Assembly: GCA_003241645.1 (NCBI GenBank)
Contig: QFOX01000001.1
Coordinates: forward strand, 54,475 to 118,474
Length of the DNA stretch: 64,000 bases
Reading direction: 5' to 3'
Source: Azospirillum brasilense
Lineage (GTDB): Bacteria > Pseudomonadota > Alphaproteobacteria > Rickettsiales > UBA3002
Part shown: one piece after another, positions 36,768 through 46,196 of the stretch
Layout of the letters: every line of letters begins with the position of its first letter
Numbering within the stretch: the first letter of the stretch is position 1
Position numbers and translations under genes: made by a program
The notes under the pieces: model-generated
What the model saw: only the letters and a program-made list of their open reading frames with translations
Databases searched by the model: none
What the model was told of the DNA's origin: nothing

Positions 36768-37658
36768 ATGCCCGCACGCTCCATTGCTATTCTCATCCTT
36801 GGTCTTGTCATTGCTGTTGGCACGGCCGTTTCGCTTAAAAGCCGTATGGGCCAGCAGGCCGCGGCACCGAAGTCGCAGGTGCTGGTCGCCGCGGCGGATA
36901 TTCCGGCCGGCAGCTTCGTGCGCGCCGAATACCACCTGAAGCTGGCCGACTGGCCGCAGGACAACATCACCCCCGCCATGCTGACCAGCGAAGCCGTGCA
37001 GCCGGTGGATTACGAAGGCGCGGTCGCGCGCCGCGCCATCAGCACGGGCGAGGCCATTACCAACAGCATGCTGGTGAAATCGAACGAGGGCGGCTTCATG
37101 TCGGCCGTGCTGGAGCCGGGCAAGCGCGCGGTTTCCATTCCGGTGGACCCTACATCGGGCAATGCGGGCTTCATCTTCCCCGGCGACCGGGTGGATTTGA
37201 TCCTGACCCACAAGATCGACCTGAATGGCGGCGAAGAGCGCGCCTCGGAAACCTTCATCGAGGACGTGCGCGTGCTGGCGGTGGACCAGATGCTGGACAA
37301 CCCCGAGAACAAGGCCATGCTCGCCAAGACCGTGACGCTGGAAGTCACGCCCAAGCAGGCTGAGGAGATCAACGTGGCGAAGGACTTAGGCAAGATCAGC
37401 CTGTCGCTGCGCAGCTTAGCGACCAAGAAAGATGCCGCGGGCGACACGGACGGGCCCACCACGTTCGACGAAGTACTGCAGCAGGAAGTGCCCACCGACC
37501 TGCCGCCGCAGAACCTGACGCGCGACACCGACGTGAGCAAGATCATTACCCCGCGTGACGCGGCGGGCACACGCGTGCGCGTGCTGCGCCCGGGTGCTGA
37601 GCCGCAGGAGATCGAATTCAACCCCGAAGGCGCGTCGCGCGCGCAGGAGATCCGCTGA
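36768..37658 (+). CDS. cpaB: Flp pilus assembly protein CpaB/RcpC, locus 2
   Basis: I use the ATG at 36768 (MPARSIAILILGLVIAVGTAV). Contains GFIFPGDRVDLILTH and VTLEVTPKQAEEINVAKDLGKISLSLRS. Confidence 0.85.
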   Translation: MPARSIAILILGLVIAVGTAVSLKSRMGQQAAAPKSQVLVAAADIPAGSFVRAEYHLKLADWPQDNITPAMLTSEAVQPVDYEGAVARRAISTGEAITNSMLVKSNEGGFMSAVLEPGKRAVSIPVDPTSGNAGFIFPGDRVDLILTHKIDLNGGEERASETFIEDVRVLAVDQMLDNPENKAMLAKTVTLEVTPKQAEEINVAKDLGKISLSLRSLATKKDAAGDTDGPTTFDEVLQQEVPTDLPPQNLTRDTDVSKIITPRDAAGTRVRVLRPGAEPQEIEFNPEGASRAQEIR

Positions 37659-37659
37659 T

Positions 37660-39102
37660 ATGCGCTCGTTCCTTGCCCGAATCGCTGCCCTGTTCGCTGC
37701 CTACACGCTGGCCATGCAGCCGGTCTATGCGCAGCAATCCACCAATTTCTATGAAGCGCTTGGCTATCAGGGCGCGGCCCCCGGCGTGATCGATGTGGAG
37801 ATCAACAAGGGTGCACCGCTGCGCCTGCCGTCGGCGGCGGCCTCGGTGGCCGTGGCCGACCCCGAGATCGCGGATGTGCAGGTGATCTCGCCGAAAATGC
37901 TCTACGTGAATGGCCGCGGCATTGGTGAAACCAGCGTCATCGCGGTGGATGCCAGCGACAACATCATCCTCGAATCCACCGTGAACGTGACCCACAACCT
38001 GTCGCGCCTGAAACGCGCGGCGGAGGAGCTTTCGCCGAATAACGACGTGGTCGCCACCAGCACCGACAATGCCATTATCCTGAAGGGCAAGGTGGAATCA
38101 CCCGTCGCCGCCGAGAAGATCCAGCGCATGGCGACCAGCTTCCTGCAGGGCGAAGGCCAGCAGGTCATCAACATGCTCGACACCTCGGCCACCGATCAGG
38201 TGATGCTGAAAGTGAAGATCGTGGAAGTGGCACGCAACGAGCTGAAGCGTTTCGGTATTAACTGGGAAAGCCTCATCAACGCGGGCAGCGGCTTTGTGTT
38301 CGGCGTGGGGCAGGGGCGTGACTTCGTGAATGACACGAACGGTTACGTGCGCGGCACCAATGGCGATAACAGCCTGTTCGCGGGCTATCGCGGGTCGGAT
38401 GCGAACATCAACGCTGCCATTGACGCGCTGGAGCAGGACGGGCTCATCAGCGTGCTGGCCGAGCCGAACCTGACGACGCGTTCGGGCACCGCGGCGAACT
38501 TCCTCGCAGGCGGGGAATACCCCATTCCCGTTCCGGGGCAGAATGGCACCGTGACCATCGAATACCGCCAGTTCGGCGTGAGCCTGCAATTCACCCCGGT
38601 GGTGCTGTCGCCGGAGAAGATCAGCCTCAGCGTGCTGCCTGAGGTGAGCGCGCTTTCCATGGCGAATGCGGTGACGCTGAATGGCACGACCGTGCCGGGC
38701 CTGACCACGCGCCGTGCTTCCACCACGGTGGATCTGGGCACGGGCCAGAGCTTCGCCATTGCCGGGCTGCTGCGCAACGACCAGGGCACCTCGGTGGATA
38801 AATTCCCGTTCCTTGGTGATGTGCCGGTGCTGGGTGCGCTGTTCCGCTCCAGCGAATTCCAGAACAACCAGACCGAGCTGGTCATTCTGGTGACGCCGTA
38901 CATCGTGAAACCCGTGGATAAGCCGGAGCTGCTCGCCACCCCGCTGGATGGGCACAAGCCCGCGACGGATGGCGAACGCATCCTGCTGGGGCGGTTGCAC
39001 AACGAAACACCGAAATACAAGAACTCTGCCAAGCCAGAGGTCACCACGCCTGCGAGCGCGTTCGACGGCATTGGTGGTCAGGCTGGCTTCCTCATTCGAT
39101 AG
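37660..39102 (+). CDS. cpaC: Tad pilus secretin CpaC/RcpA, locus 2
   Basis: I use the ATG at 37660, 1 nt after the cpaB stop. Signal peptide is ...LAMQPVYAQ. The secretin core is ISVLAEPNLTTRSGTAANFLAGGEYPIPV...IAGLLRND...PFLGDVPVLGALFRS...TELVILVTPYIV. Confidence 0.9.
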   Translation: MRSFLARIAALFAAYTLAMQPVYAQQSTNFYEALGYQGAAPGVIDVEINKGAPLRLPSAAASVAVADPEIADVQVISPKMLYVNGRGIGETSVIAVDASDNIILESTVNVTHNLSRLKRAAEELSPNNDVVATSTDNAIILKGKVESPVAAEKIQRMATSFLQGEGQQVINMLDTSATDQVMLKVKIVEVARNELKRFGINWESLINAGSGFVFGVGQGRDFVNDTNGYVRGTNGDNSLFAGYRGSDANINAAIDALEQDGLISVLAEPNLTTRSGTAANFLAGGEYPIPVPGQNGTVTIEYRQFGVSLQFTPVVLSPEKISLSVLPEVSALSMANAVTLNGTTVPGLTTRRASTTVDLGTGQSFAIAGLLRNDQGTSVDKFPFLGDVPVLGALFRSSEFQNNQTELVILVTPYIVKPVDKPELLATPLDGHKPATDGERILLGRLHNETPKYKNSAKPEVTTPASAFDGIGGQAGFLIR

Positions 39103-39111
39103 GAGAGGCCC

Positions 39112-39462
39112 ATGCGCCATGTGATGCTGCTGATCGCCTGCCTTGGCCTTGCGGCGTGCAGTGATTTCGAGCCACGCGAAAAAGTTGCCGACGTGGACCC
39201 GGACACGGGCTGGGTCGTGCCGCCCTATCCCTGCCCGGACTGGAGCCAGGACGCCACCGTGAATTACGACAACAGCCTGCACAGCAATTATGGCTGCGCG
39301 GTGAACAATAACCTCGCTGTGCAGCTGGCCGATCCGTGGGACCTGAAAGAGGGCCGCGGCAGCGACACCGGCAACACCGATATGGGGGTGCTGACCATCG
39401 AGCGTTACCGCGCCGGGGAGATCCCCGTTCCACTCACCCCCATGCAGGATAACGGCCAATAA
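39112..39462 (+). CDS. cpaD: CpaD-like small lipoprotein, locus 2
   Basis: 116 aa. Lipobox is LIACLGLAAC. The NYGCAVNNNLAVQLADP motif lies between the secretin and cpaE. Confidence 0.55.
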   Translation: MRHVMLLIACLGLAACSDFEPREKVADVDPDTGWVVPPYPCPDWSQDATVNYDNSLHSNYGCAVNNNLAVQLADPWDLKEGRGSDTGNTDMGVLTIERYRAGEIPVPLTPMQDNGQ

Positions 39463-39463
39463 C

Positions 39464-40681
39464 ATGACCAGTCCCTCCGGCAGCCTTGGCACCACGCACC
39501 TGCTTGCCTATGTCAGCAACGGCGAATCTGCGGCCAGCATCCGCGCGCTGATGAACCGCCAGAATATCACCGATTTCGCCGTGGAGCCGGGCACCGCCAC
39601 GGAAGCCACTGAATACCTGAAGACCCATGCCAGCCCGCAGATCCTGATCGTGGAAGTCCCCTCGTCGGACGCGGCACCGAAAATGCTGGATGCACTGGCC
39701 GACGTGGTGCACCCGGCGACGCGTGTGATCGTCACCGGCACGGTGGACACGTTCAGCTTCTACCACTGGCTGATGGGCCTTGGCATCCACGACTATTTGC
39801 TGTCGCCGTTCAACGAGCAGCAGCTTGCCTCGGCGCTCAGCAAGGGGGCGGCCGGCAGCAGCGCGCCGGCGAACGATGCACCGTCGCCCGAGGCGCGCAA
39901 GATCGTCGCCTTCGTGGGCACGCGCGGCGGGGTGGGCACCACCAGCCTTGCGACCGCTTCGGCCTGCATGCTGGCCGAGGAATTCGGCAGACAGACCGCG
40001 CTGATCGACCTTGATCCGCAATTCGGCAGTGCCGCGCTGGCACTGGACCTTGAGCCCAGCCGCGGCATGCGCGACGCGCTGGAGAAGCCCGATCGCATCG
40101 ACACGCTGTTCCTTGAGCGCGTGATGATGAAGCCCTACCCCAAACTTTCGGTGCTGGGCGCCGAAGAGCCCTTCGCCGACAGCGTGAACATCCACCCCGA
40201 GGCGGGCGCGTTATTGTTCGGCGCGCTGCGCGAGAAATTCCCCCTCTGCGTGGTGGATGTGCCGCGCCAGCTCACCCCGCTCACGCGCTATGTGCTGGCC
40301 CATGCCGACCATGTGGTGCTGGTGACCGAGCCGGGCATTCTTGGCCTGCGTGACGCGCTGCGCCTGCGCGACTTGCTGGTGCAAACGCTGAAACGCCCGG
40401 CACCCACGGTGCTCATCAACCGCGACGGCATGGCCAGCAAGCAGCAACCCTCGCGCACGGAATATGCGAAACATCTCGGCGCGACACCGGCGGCGTATGT
40501 TCCGTTCCATGAAGAAATCATCGGCGCCACTGCCCGTGGTGAAACGCTGCACGACCACGCCAAGCTGCAGCCGGTGGTAACGCCGCTGCGCCAGTTCCTG
40601 CAAACGCTGCTGGGCGATGCGCCGGATGCTGCCGACGCGAAACCTGCTTCGAAACGTGGTTTCCTGAAAGGGCGCAAGTGA
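39464..40681 (+). CDS. cpaE: CpaE/TadZ-like pilus localisation ATPase-like protein, locus 2
   Basis: 405 aa. Receiver-like N-domain followed by a MinD/ParA-like domain with VAFVGTRGGVGTTSLA and LIDLDPQFG. Confidence 0.8.
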   Translation: MTSPSGSLGTTHLLAYVSNGESAASIRALMNRQNITDFAVEPGTATEATEYLKTHASPQILIVEVPSSDAAPKMLDALADVVHPATRVIVTGTVDTFSFYHWLMGLGIHDYLLSPFNEQQLASALSKGAAGSSAPANDAPSPEARKIVAFVGTRGGVGTTSLATASACMLAEEFGRQTALIDLDPQFGSAALALDLEPSRGMRDALEKPDRIDTLFLERVMMKPYPKLSVLGAEEPFADSVNIHPEAGALLFGALREKFPLCVVDVPRQLTPLTRYVLAHADHVVLVTEPGILGLRDALRLRDLLVQTLKRPAPTVLINRDGMASKQQPSRTEYAKHLGATPAAYVPFHEEIIGATARGETLHDHAKLQPVVTPLRQFLQTLLGDAPDAADAKPASKRGFLKGRK

Positions 40682-42081
40682 TGTTCGGCCGCCGCCAGGA
40701 CCAACCCGGTGCCCCGGCGCCCAGCCCTGAAAGCACCGCCACCAGCGCGGCCGCTCCTGCGCCTGCTGCGGCCCCGGTGGCCGAGCCCGGCGAACCCGCC
40801 ACCACGGCGTTCGCGCCGCCGGTGAGCGACGCGATGCGCCAGACCAAGGAGCATATCTACAACCGGCTGATGGAACAGATCGACCTGCAGACCGCCAGTC
40901 GCCTGCCGGAAGAGGAACTGCGCCGCCAGATCGTGGACGTGATCGGTGAGATCGTGATCGAGGAGAAACTCGCGATCAACCAACTGGAGCAGCAAATGCT
41001 CGCCGGCCAGATCGTGGACGACATGATCGGCCTCGGCCCGCTGGAGCCGCTGCTGAAGGACGAGGCCGTGACCGACATCATGGTCAATGGCCCGTTCCAG
41101 ATCTATGTGGAGCGCAAAGGCAAACTCACGCTCACCGACATCCAGTTCCGCAACAATGAACATGTGATGAACATTGCCCAGCGCATTGTGACCGCCGTGG
41201 GCCGCCGGGTGGATGAATCCAGCCCCATCTGCGATGCGCGCCTGAAAGACGGCAGCCGCGTGAACGTGATCGCGCCGCCGCTGTCGCTGAAAGGCTGCAG
41301 CATTTCCATTCGTAAATTCTCGAAGAAAAAGATCACGCTGGACGTGATGGCCGCGCAAGGCAACATCTCCGAGCCGGTGTGCAAACTGTTGAAGATCGCG
41401 GGTGCCTGCCGCCTCAACATCATCGTCTCAGGTGGTACCGGTTCGGGCAAGACCACGCTGCTGAACGCGCTGTCGCGCATGATCGACCATGGCGAACGCG
41501 TGGTGACGATTGAGGATGCGGCCGAGCTGCAATTGCAGCAGCCGCACGTGGTGCCGCTCGAGACCCGGCCGAAGAACCTTGAGGGTGACGGCGAGATCAC
41601 CATGCGCGATTTGGTGAAGAACGCGCTGCGCATGCGGCCGGACCGTATCATCCTTGGTGAGGTGCGCGGCGGCGAGGCGATCGACCTGCTGCAGGCCATG
41701 AACACCGGCCACGATGGTTCGCTCGGCACGCTGCACGCCAACAACCCGCGCGAGGCGCTCACCCGCCTTGAGAACATGGTGAACATGAGTGGGCTGAAGC
41801 TGCCCAGCCACGCCATTCGCCACCAGATCTCGAGCGCGGTGCAGCTGATCGTGCAGATCCAGCGCATGCGCGACGGCATGCGCCGCATCACCCACGTCAC
41901 GGAAGTGATGGGCATGGAAGGCGACGTGATCATTACGCAGGACCTGTTCACCTTCCAGTTCCAGGGCGAGGACGAACACGGCAAACTGATTGGTGAATTC
42001 AAATCCTCGGGCCTGCGCCCCAACTTCACGCCGCAGGCGGCCTATTTCGGGCTGGATAAAGCCTTGCTGGAAATCATCTGA
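40678..42081 (+). CDS. cpaF: Tad pilus secretion ATPase CpaF/TadA, locus 2
   Basis: 467 aa. Pro/Ala-rich N-terminus, Walker A VSGGTGSGKTTLLNAL, then VTIEDAAELQL, RMRPDRIILGEVRG and NTGHDGSLGTLHAN. Confidence 0.92.
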   Translation: MMFGRRQDQPGAPAPSPESTATSAAAPAPAAAPVAEPGEPATTAFAPPVSDAMRQTKEHIYNRLMEQIDLQTASRLPEEELRRQIVDVIGEIVIEEKLAINQLEQQMLAGQIVDDMIGLGPLEPLLKDEAVTDIMVNGPFQIYVERKGKLTLTDIQFRNNEHVMNIAQRIVTAVGRRVDESSPICDARLKDGSRVNVIAPPLSLKGCSISIRKFSKKKITLDVMAAQGNISEPVCKLLKIAGACRLNIIVSGGTGSGKTTLLNALSRMIDHGERVVTIEDAAELQLQQPHVVPLETRPKNLEGDGEITMRDLVKNALRMRPDRIILGEVRGGEAIDLLQAMNTGHDGSLGTLHANNPREALTRLENMVNMSGLKLPSHAIRHQISSAVQLIVQIQRMRDGMRRITHVTEVMGMEGDVIITQDLFTFQFQGEDEHGKLIGEFKSSGLRPNFTPQAAYFGLDKALLEII

Positions 42082-43055
42082 TGCCGGCGTTGCTACAGTC
42101 GGTGGAACTGTGGATCGGCCTTGCCGTGCTGCTCATGCTGGCGCTGCTGCTGGGCAGTGGGCGCGGCGAGAAGAAGAAACAAGCCGCGCGGCTGGCCCGC
42201 ATTACCCGCAGCACCAGCGCGGCTAAGGTCACGGACCCCGCGCAGACCCTGCGCAAACGCGACCCGAATGCCGACAGCAAATTCGGGCAGGCCATTGCGC
42301 ATATCTCGTTCGTGGAGCGCTTGCAGGCGCGGCTGGAAGCGGGGGGCATGGTGCTCACGCCGCAGCAATTCCTTGTGCGTTGCGGCTTCATTGGGCTGGG
42401 TGGCATGGTGTTCCTGCTGGTGCTTGGCAAGCCCGCGCTGCTGGCGCTGCTGGTCGGCATCATCCTTGGGCTGGGGCTGCCGCATCTGTACGTGAAGCGG
42501 CGCATCCGCAAGCGCCAATTGCAGTTCCTCAAACTGTTCCCGGAAGCGATCGACCTCATTGTGCGTGGCCTGCGCGCGGGCCTGCCCGTGGCGGAGTCGT
42601 TCATTGTGGTGAGTCGTGAAATTCCTGACCCCGTGGGCCGGGTGTTCTTCACCCTCAGCCAGCAGACCGGGCTGGGCGTACCCATGGAAAAAGCACTGGC
42701 CGACACCGCCGCCAAGCTGGACATGACCGAGTTCAATTTCTTCGTGACGACCATTATTTTGCAGCGCGAAACGGGTGGCAACCTTGGTGAGATCCTCAGC
42801 AACCTCAGTCAGGTGCTGCGCGACCGGCAGATGATGAAGCTGAAGATCGGTGCGCTCTCGTCGGAAGCGCGGGCGAGTGGCTACATCGTAGGCTCGCTGC
42901 CCATTTTCGTGTTCAGCATCCTGTCCGTCATTTCGCCGGAGTACCTGAACCCGCTCTATGATGATTTCCGCGGCAATATCTCGCTTGCCGTGGCCATTGG
43001 CATGATGGTGTTCGGCGCGTTCGTGATGAAACGCATGACACAGATGGAAATCTAG
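42081..43055 (+). CDS. tadB: TadB, locus 2
   Basis: 324 aa. Contains FLKLFPEAIDLIVRGLRAGLPVAESF and LQRETGGNLGEILSNLSQVLRDR. TGATG overlap with cpaF. Confidence 0.85.
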   Translation: MPALLQSVELWIGLAVLLMLALLLGSGRGEKKKQAARLARITRSTSAAKVTDPAQTLRKRDPNADSKFGQAIAHISFVERLQARLEAGGMVLTPQQFLVRCGFIGLGGMVFLLVLGKPALLALLVGIILGLGLPHLYVKRRIRKRQLQFLKLFPEAIDLIVRGLRAGLPVAESFIVVSREIPDPVGRVFFTLSQQTGLGVPMEKALADTAAKLDMTEFNFFVTTIILQRETGGNLGEILSNLSQVLRDRQMMKLKIGALSSEARASGYIVGSLPIFVFSILSVISPEYLNPLYDDFRGNISLAVAIGMMVFGAFVMKRMTQMEI

Positions 43056-43064
43056 GGAGGGCGC

Positions 43065-44060
43065 ATGCAGAAAGGCCAAGCACTGCGCCTGGAAGACCTG
43101 CTGCCCGCCGGCATGGGGCTGGACGAGCTGCTGATCCTGCTCGCCGCGGTGGCGGTGTTCATGATCATCTGGTCCATCGGCCAGATCTTCTTTGTGCGCG
43201 ATCCGTTCGGTGCCCGGCTGAAAGCCGTGGCCGCACGCCGTGCCGAGCTGAAAGGCGAGATGCTGGGGCCGAAACGCCGCCGCCGTTCGAACAATGACGA
43301 GACCATGCATTTCGTGCGGCGGGTGGTGCTGCGCCTGAAATTGCTGCAGCAGCACCAGGGCGGCGTGCTGCAAAAAAAACTCACGCAGGCGGGCTACCGC
43401 AGCAAAGACGCCATCATTGTGTTCGCGTTCGCCAAGCTGGTGATGCCGTTTGCCGGGCTCGCCACCGGCATCCTGCTATGCGGCATCGACTGGGCGCATC
43501 CGTTCGAACTGAAGCAGGGCAAGGGCTGGCTCATTTTGTTGGGCTGCGGTTATTTCGGCGCGCGCCTGCCGGAGATCATCGTGGCGAACCAGAAGGGCAA
43601 GCGCCACGCATCCATTCGCAAGGCATTGCCGGATGCGCTGGATTTGATGATGATCTGCGCCGAGGCAGGCCTGTCGCTCGCCGCGGCGCTGGACCGCGTG
43701 GCGCGTGAGCTGGGCCGGGTGAGCCCCGAACTGGCCGAGGAATTCACCCTGACCTCGGTGGAGCTTGGCTTCCTGCCCGACCGCGCGACCGCGCTGAAGA
43801 ATCTCGGCGAACGCTGCGACGTGAAAGAGGTGCGTGGCTTCGTGAACGTGATCGCGCAGACCGAGAAATACGGCACGCCCATTGCGCAGGCGCTGCGCGT
43901 GCTGAGTCAGGAATTCCGCATGGAGCGCATGCTGCGCGCCGAGCAGAAAGCGGCGCGCCTGCCCGCGCTGATGACGGTGCCGATGATCGTGTTCATCCTG
44001 CCCACGCTGTTCATCGTGGTGATGGCGCCGGCGGTCATTCAGGTGCTGGATAATTTCTAG
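43065..44060 (+). CDS. tadC: TadC, locus 2
   Basis: 331 aa. Contains LPDALDLMMICAEAGLSLAAALDRV and EQKAARLPALMTVPMIVFILPTLFIVVMAPAVIQ. Confidence 0.85.
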   Translation: MQKGQALRLEDLLPAGMGLDELLILLAAVAVFMIIWSIGQIFFVRDPFGARLKAVAARRAELKGEMLGPKRRRRSNNDETMHFVRRVVLRLKLLQQHQGGVLQKKLTQAGYRSKDAIIVFAFAKLVMPFAGLATGILLCGIDWAHPFELKQGKGWLILLGCGYFGARLPEIIVANQKGKRHASIRKALPDALDLMMICAEAGLSLAAALDRVARELGRVSPELAEEFTLTSVELGFLPDRATALKNLGERCDVKEVRGFVNVIAQTEKYGTPIAQALRVLSQEFRMERMLRAEQKAARLPALMTVPMIVFILPTLFIVVMAPAVIQVLDNF

Positions 44061-44063
44061 CGG

Positions 44064-44891
44064 TTAGTTCGCCTGCCGCACCGGCACGGGGGCCACCGGC
44101 GCAAGCACGGCCTTGCCGCTGTCGTCGCGCCCGGCAATGTATTGCGCAAGGCGTTTCAGGCTGGCCTGGCGTTCTTCCTCGCTCATCTCACCGGCTACCA
44201 GCTCTTTCGCTTCGGTGTGGCGGCCCAGCATGCCATAGGCAAGCGCAAGGTTGTGGCGCGTCACCGGTGAGGCTCCTTCGGCCAGCGCTTCCGTCTTCAG
44301 CAGTTCCGCAGCCTTGTCGGGCTTGTTATCCAGCAGGTAGGACATGGCAAGGTTGGTGCGCACGGGCGCAAGATCCGCATCCGGATTCAGGCTGAGCGCG
44401 CGCAGGTAGGCCACTTGCGCCGCGGCATGCTGGCGCAGCATGTCATGCGCGATGCCCTTGCCCGAGAGCAGGTCGAGGCTTTGCGGCTGGGTGTCCAGCC
44501 CGCGCTCGAACACGCGCAGCGCATCCGCCGGGCGGTTCTCGTTCAGGTAGAGCTTGCCCAGCGAGTAATTCACCGCCACATGGCCGGGCTGGAAGATCGC
44601 CGCGCGCTCCAGCACGTCGCGCGCTTTGGCGGGCTGGTTCTGTTTCAGGTACAGATCGGCCAGCGCCAGATGCGCATCCACATGGCCTTTGCTGGCGGCC
44701 ACCGCATTCATGTAGCTTTGTTCGGCCTGCGCGAATTCGTTGCGCGACGCGGCGGCCTGACCGGTTGTCATCAGCGCCTGTTCGCGGCCGCTCATGGGCC
44801 CGAGCGTGCTCACATCCACCGCGCCGGGTGCATCGCCCATGCTGCAGGCAGCGAGGCTGATGGCAAATAGTGCGAGGGCGATATGGCGCAT
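44064..44891 (-). CDS. tadD: TPR lipoprotein TadD-like
   Basis: I use the ATG at 44891 (MRHIALALFAISLAAC, lipobox). Multiple TPR-like repeats (ALADLYLKQNQPAKARDVLERA, YSLGKLYLNENRPADALRVFERGL). The track ORF carries an 82-codon non-homologous extension. Confidence 0.7.
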   Translation of the reverse strand: MRHIALALFAISLAACSMGDAPGAVDVSTLGPMSGREQALMTTGQAAASRNEFAQAEQSYMNAVAASKGHVDAHLALADLYLKQNQPAKARDVLERAAIFQPGHVAVNYSLGKLYLNENRPADALRVFERGLDTQPQSLDLLSGKGIAHDMLRQHAAAQVAYLRALSLNPDADLAPVRTNLAMSYLLDNKPDKAAELLKTEALAEGASPVTRHNLALAYGMLGRHTEAKELVAGEMSEEERQASLKRLAQYIAGRDDSGKAVLAPVAPVPVRQAN

Positions 44892-45055
44892 AGGTCTCTC
44901 CCGGATGTTGCGGTAATGTAGCGCGATTGCCCCGCCGTGACAATGGTGAAACATGCGTGGCGTTTGTCTAAAATTGTAGCGTAAAACAGCGTGTTGCGCG
45001 CGCAATAACGCTGACTTGCCCGCGGCGTTGTGGTATAAGGTAGCCGGGGGTTCGC

Positions 45056-45634
45056 GTGCGGACATGCAAGGGGATAGGCTGGCGGTTACTGCGCGCGCGC
45101 GATGGCGTGAGCGCGATGGAGTTCGCCATGCTGGCACCGGTGCTGCTGCTGCTGATCTTCGGCGTCATTGAATTTTCGCTCATCATGCTGGTGTCGAACA
45201 TCCTTGAGAACGCGACGAGCATTTCCTCGCGCCTCGGCAAGACCGGCTACGCGCAAAGCGGCCTCAGCCGCGAAGACACCATCCGTCAATCCATCGAGCA
45301 GCGGGCCGGTGGGCTGGTCGATCCACAGAAGCTCAGCATCACCTCGAAATATTACGCGCAGTTCGACCAGATCGGCGACGCCGAGCCGTGGAACGACAGC
45401 AACGGCAACGGCGTGGCCGAGGTCGGTGAGTACAACGACATCAACGGCAACGGCCAGTACGATGCGGATATGGGCCTCGCCGGCTATGGCGACGCCGAGG
45501 ATATCGTGGTCTACACCGTGCATTACCCGTGGAATGTGCTCACCCCGTTCATGCGCGAACTCATTGGCGATGCGCAGGGGAATTTCCCCATCGAAACGCA
45601 CGCCGTGGTAAAGAACGAGCCCTACGATGGTTAG
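45056..45634 (+). CDS. tadE: TadE-like pseudopilin
   Basis: 192 aa with a GTG start. The TadE N-terminal motif is GVSAMEFAMLAPVLLLLIFGVIEFSLIM. An Asp/Asn/Gly-rich segment reads NDSNGNGVAEVGEYNDINGNGQYDADMG. Confidence 0.75.
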   Translation: MRTCKGIGWRLLRARDGVSAMEFAMLAPVLLLLIFGVIEFSLIMLVSNILENATSISSRLGKTGYAQSGLSREDTIRQSIEQRAGGLVDPQKLSITSKYYAQFDQIGDAEPWNDSNGNGVAEVGEYNDINGNGQYDADMGLAGYGDAEDIVVYTVHYPWNVLTPFMRELIGDAQGNFPIETHAVVKNEPYDG

Positions 45635-46187
45635 GTGGATCAAACAGTTCGCCCGCGCGCAGCACGGCATGGCCGTGGTGGAATTCGCGCTGGTGCTGCC
45701 CATGCTGATGACCATGTTCTATGGCTGCATCGAGATCACGCGCTACATCCTGGTGGTGCAGAAGGTCGAGAAGCTCGCGCACACGGTATCCGACGTGACG
45801 GCACAGTCGCGCGTGGTGACCACCGCCAGCCTCAACCAGCTGCTGGATGCGACCAGCGACATCATGAACCCGTTCGGCACCGGGGCGAACAGCCGCGTCA
45901 TCATCAGCTCGTTGTATCGCCCGCCGGGCACCACCAGCACCGCCAGCGTGAACTGGCGGCATTTCGGCGGCGGCACGCTCACCGCCACCAGCCAACTGGG
46001 CGATGTGGGCACCACGCCCACCATGCCCGGCGGCTTCACCTTCAACGAGCGTGAGAACGTCATCGCGGCGGAGGTGTATTTCCAATTCTCGCCGCTGGTG
46101 AGCAACCGCTTCTTCGGCACCACCACGGTGTACCGGAGTGCGTTCTACAAACCGCGCCTTGGCGCGCTCACTGCCACCCCGTCATAG
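45627..46187 (+). CDS. tadF: TadE/TadF-like pseudopilin
   Basis: 186 aa. TadE-like N-terminus GMAVVEFALVLPMLMTMFYGCIEITRY. 8-nt overlap with tadE. Confidence 0.65.
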   Translation: MVRWIKQFARAQHGMAVVEFALVLPMLMTMFYGCIEITRYILVVQKVEKLAHTVSDVTAQSRVVTTASLNQLLDATSDIMNPFGTGANSRVIISSLYRPPGTTSTASVNWRHFGGGTLTATSQLGDVGTTPTMPGGFTFNERENVIAAEVYFQFSPLVSNRFFGTTTVYRSAFYKPRLGALTATPS

Positions 46188-46196
46188 GAGGGGACC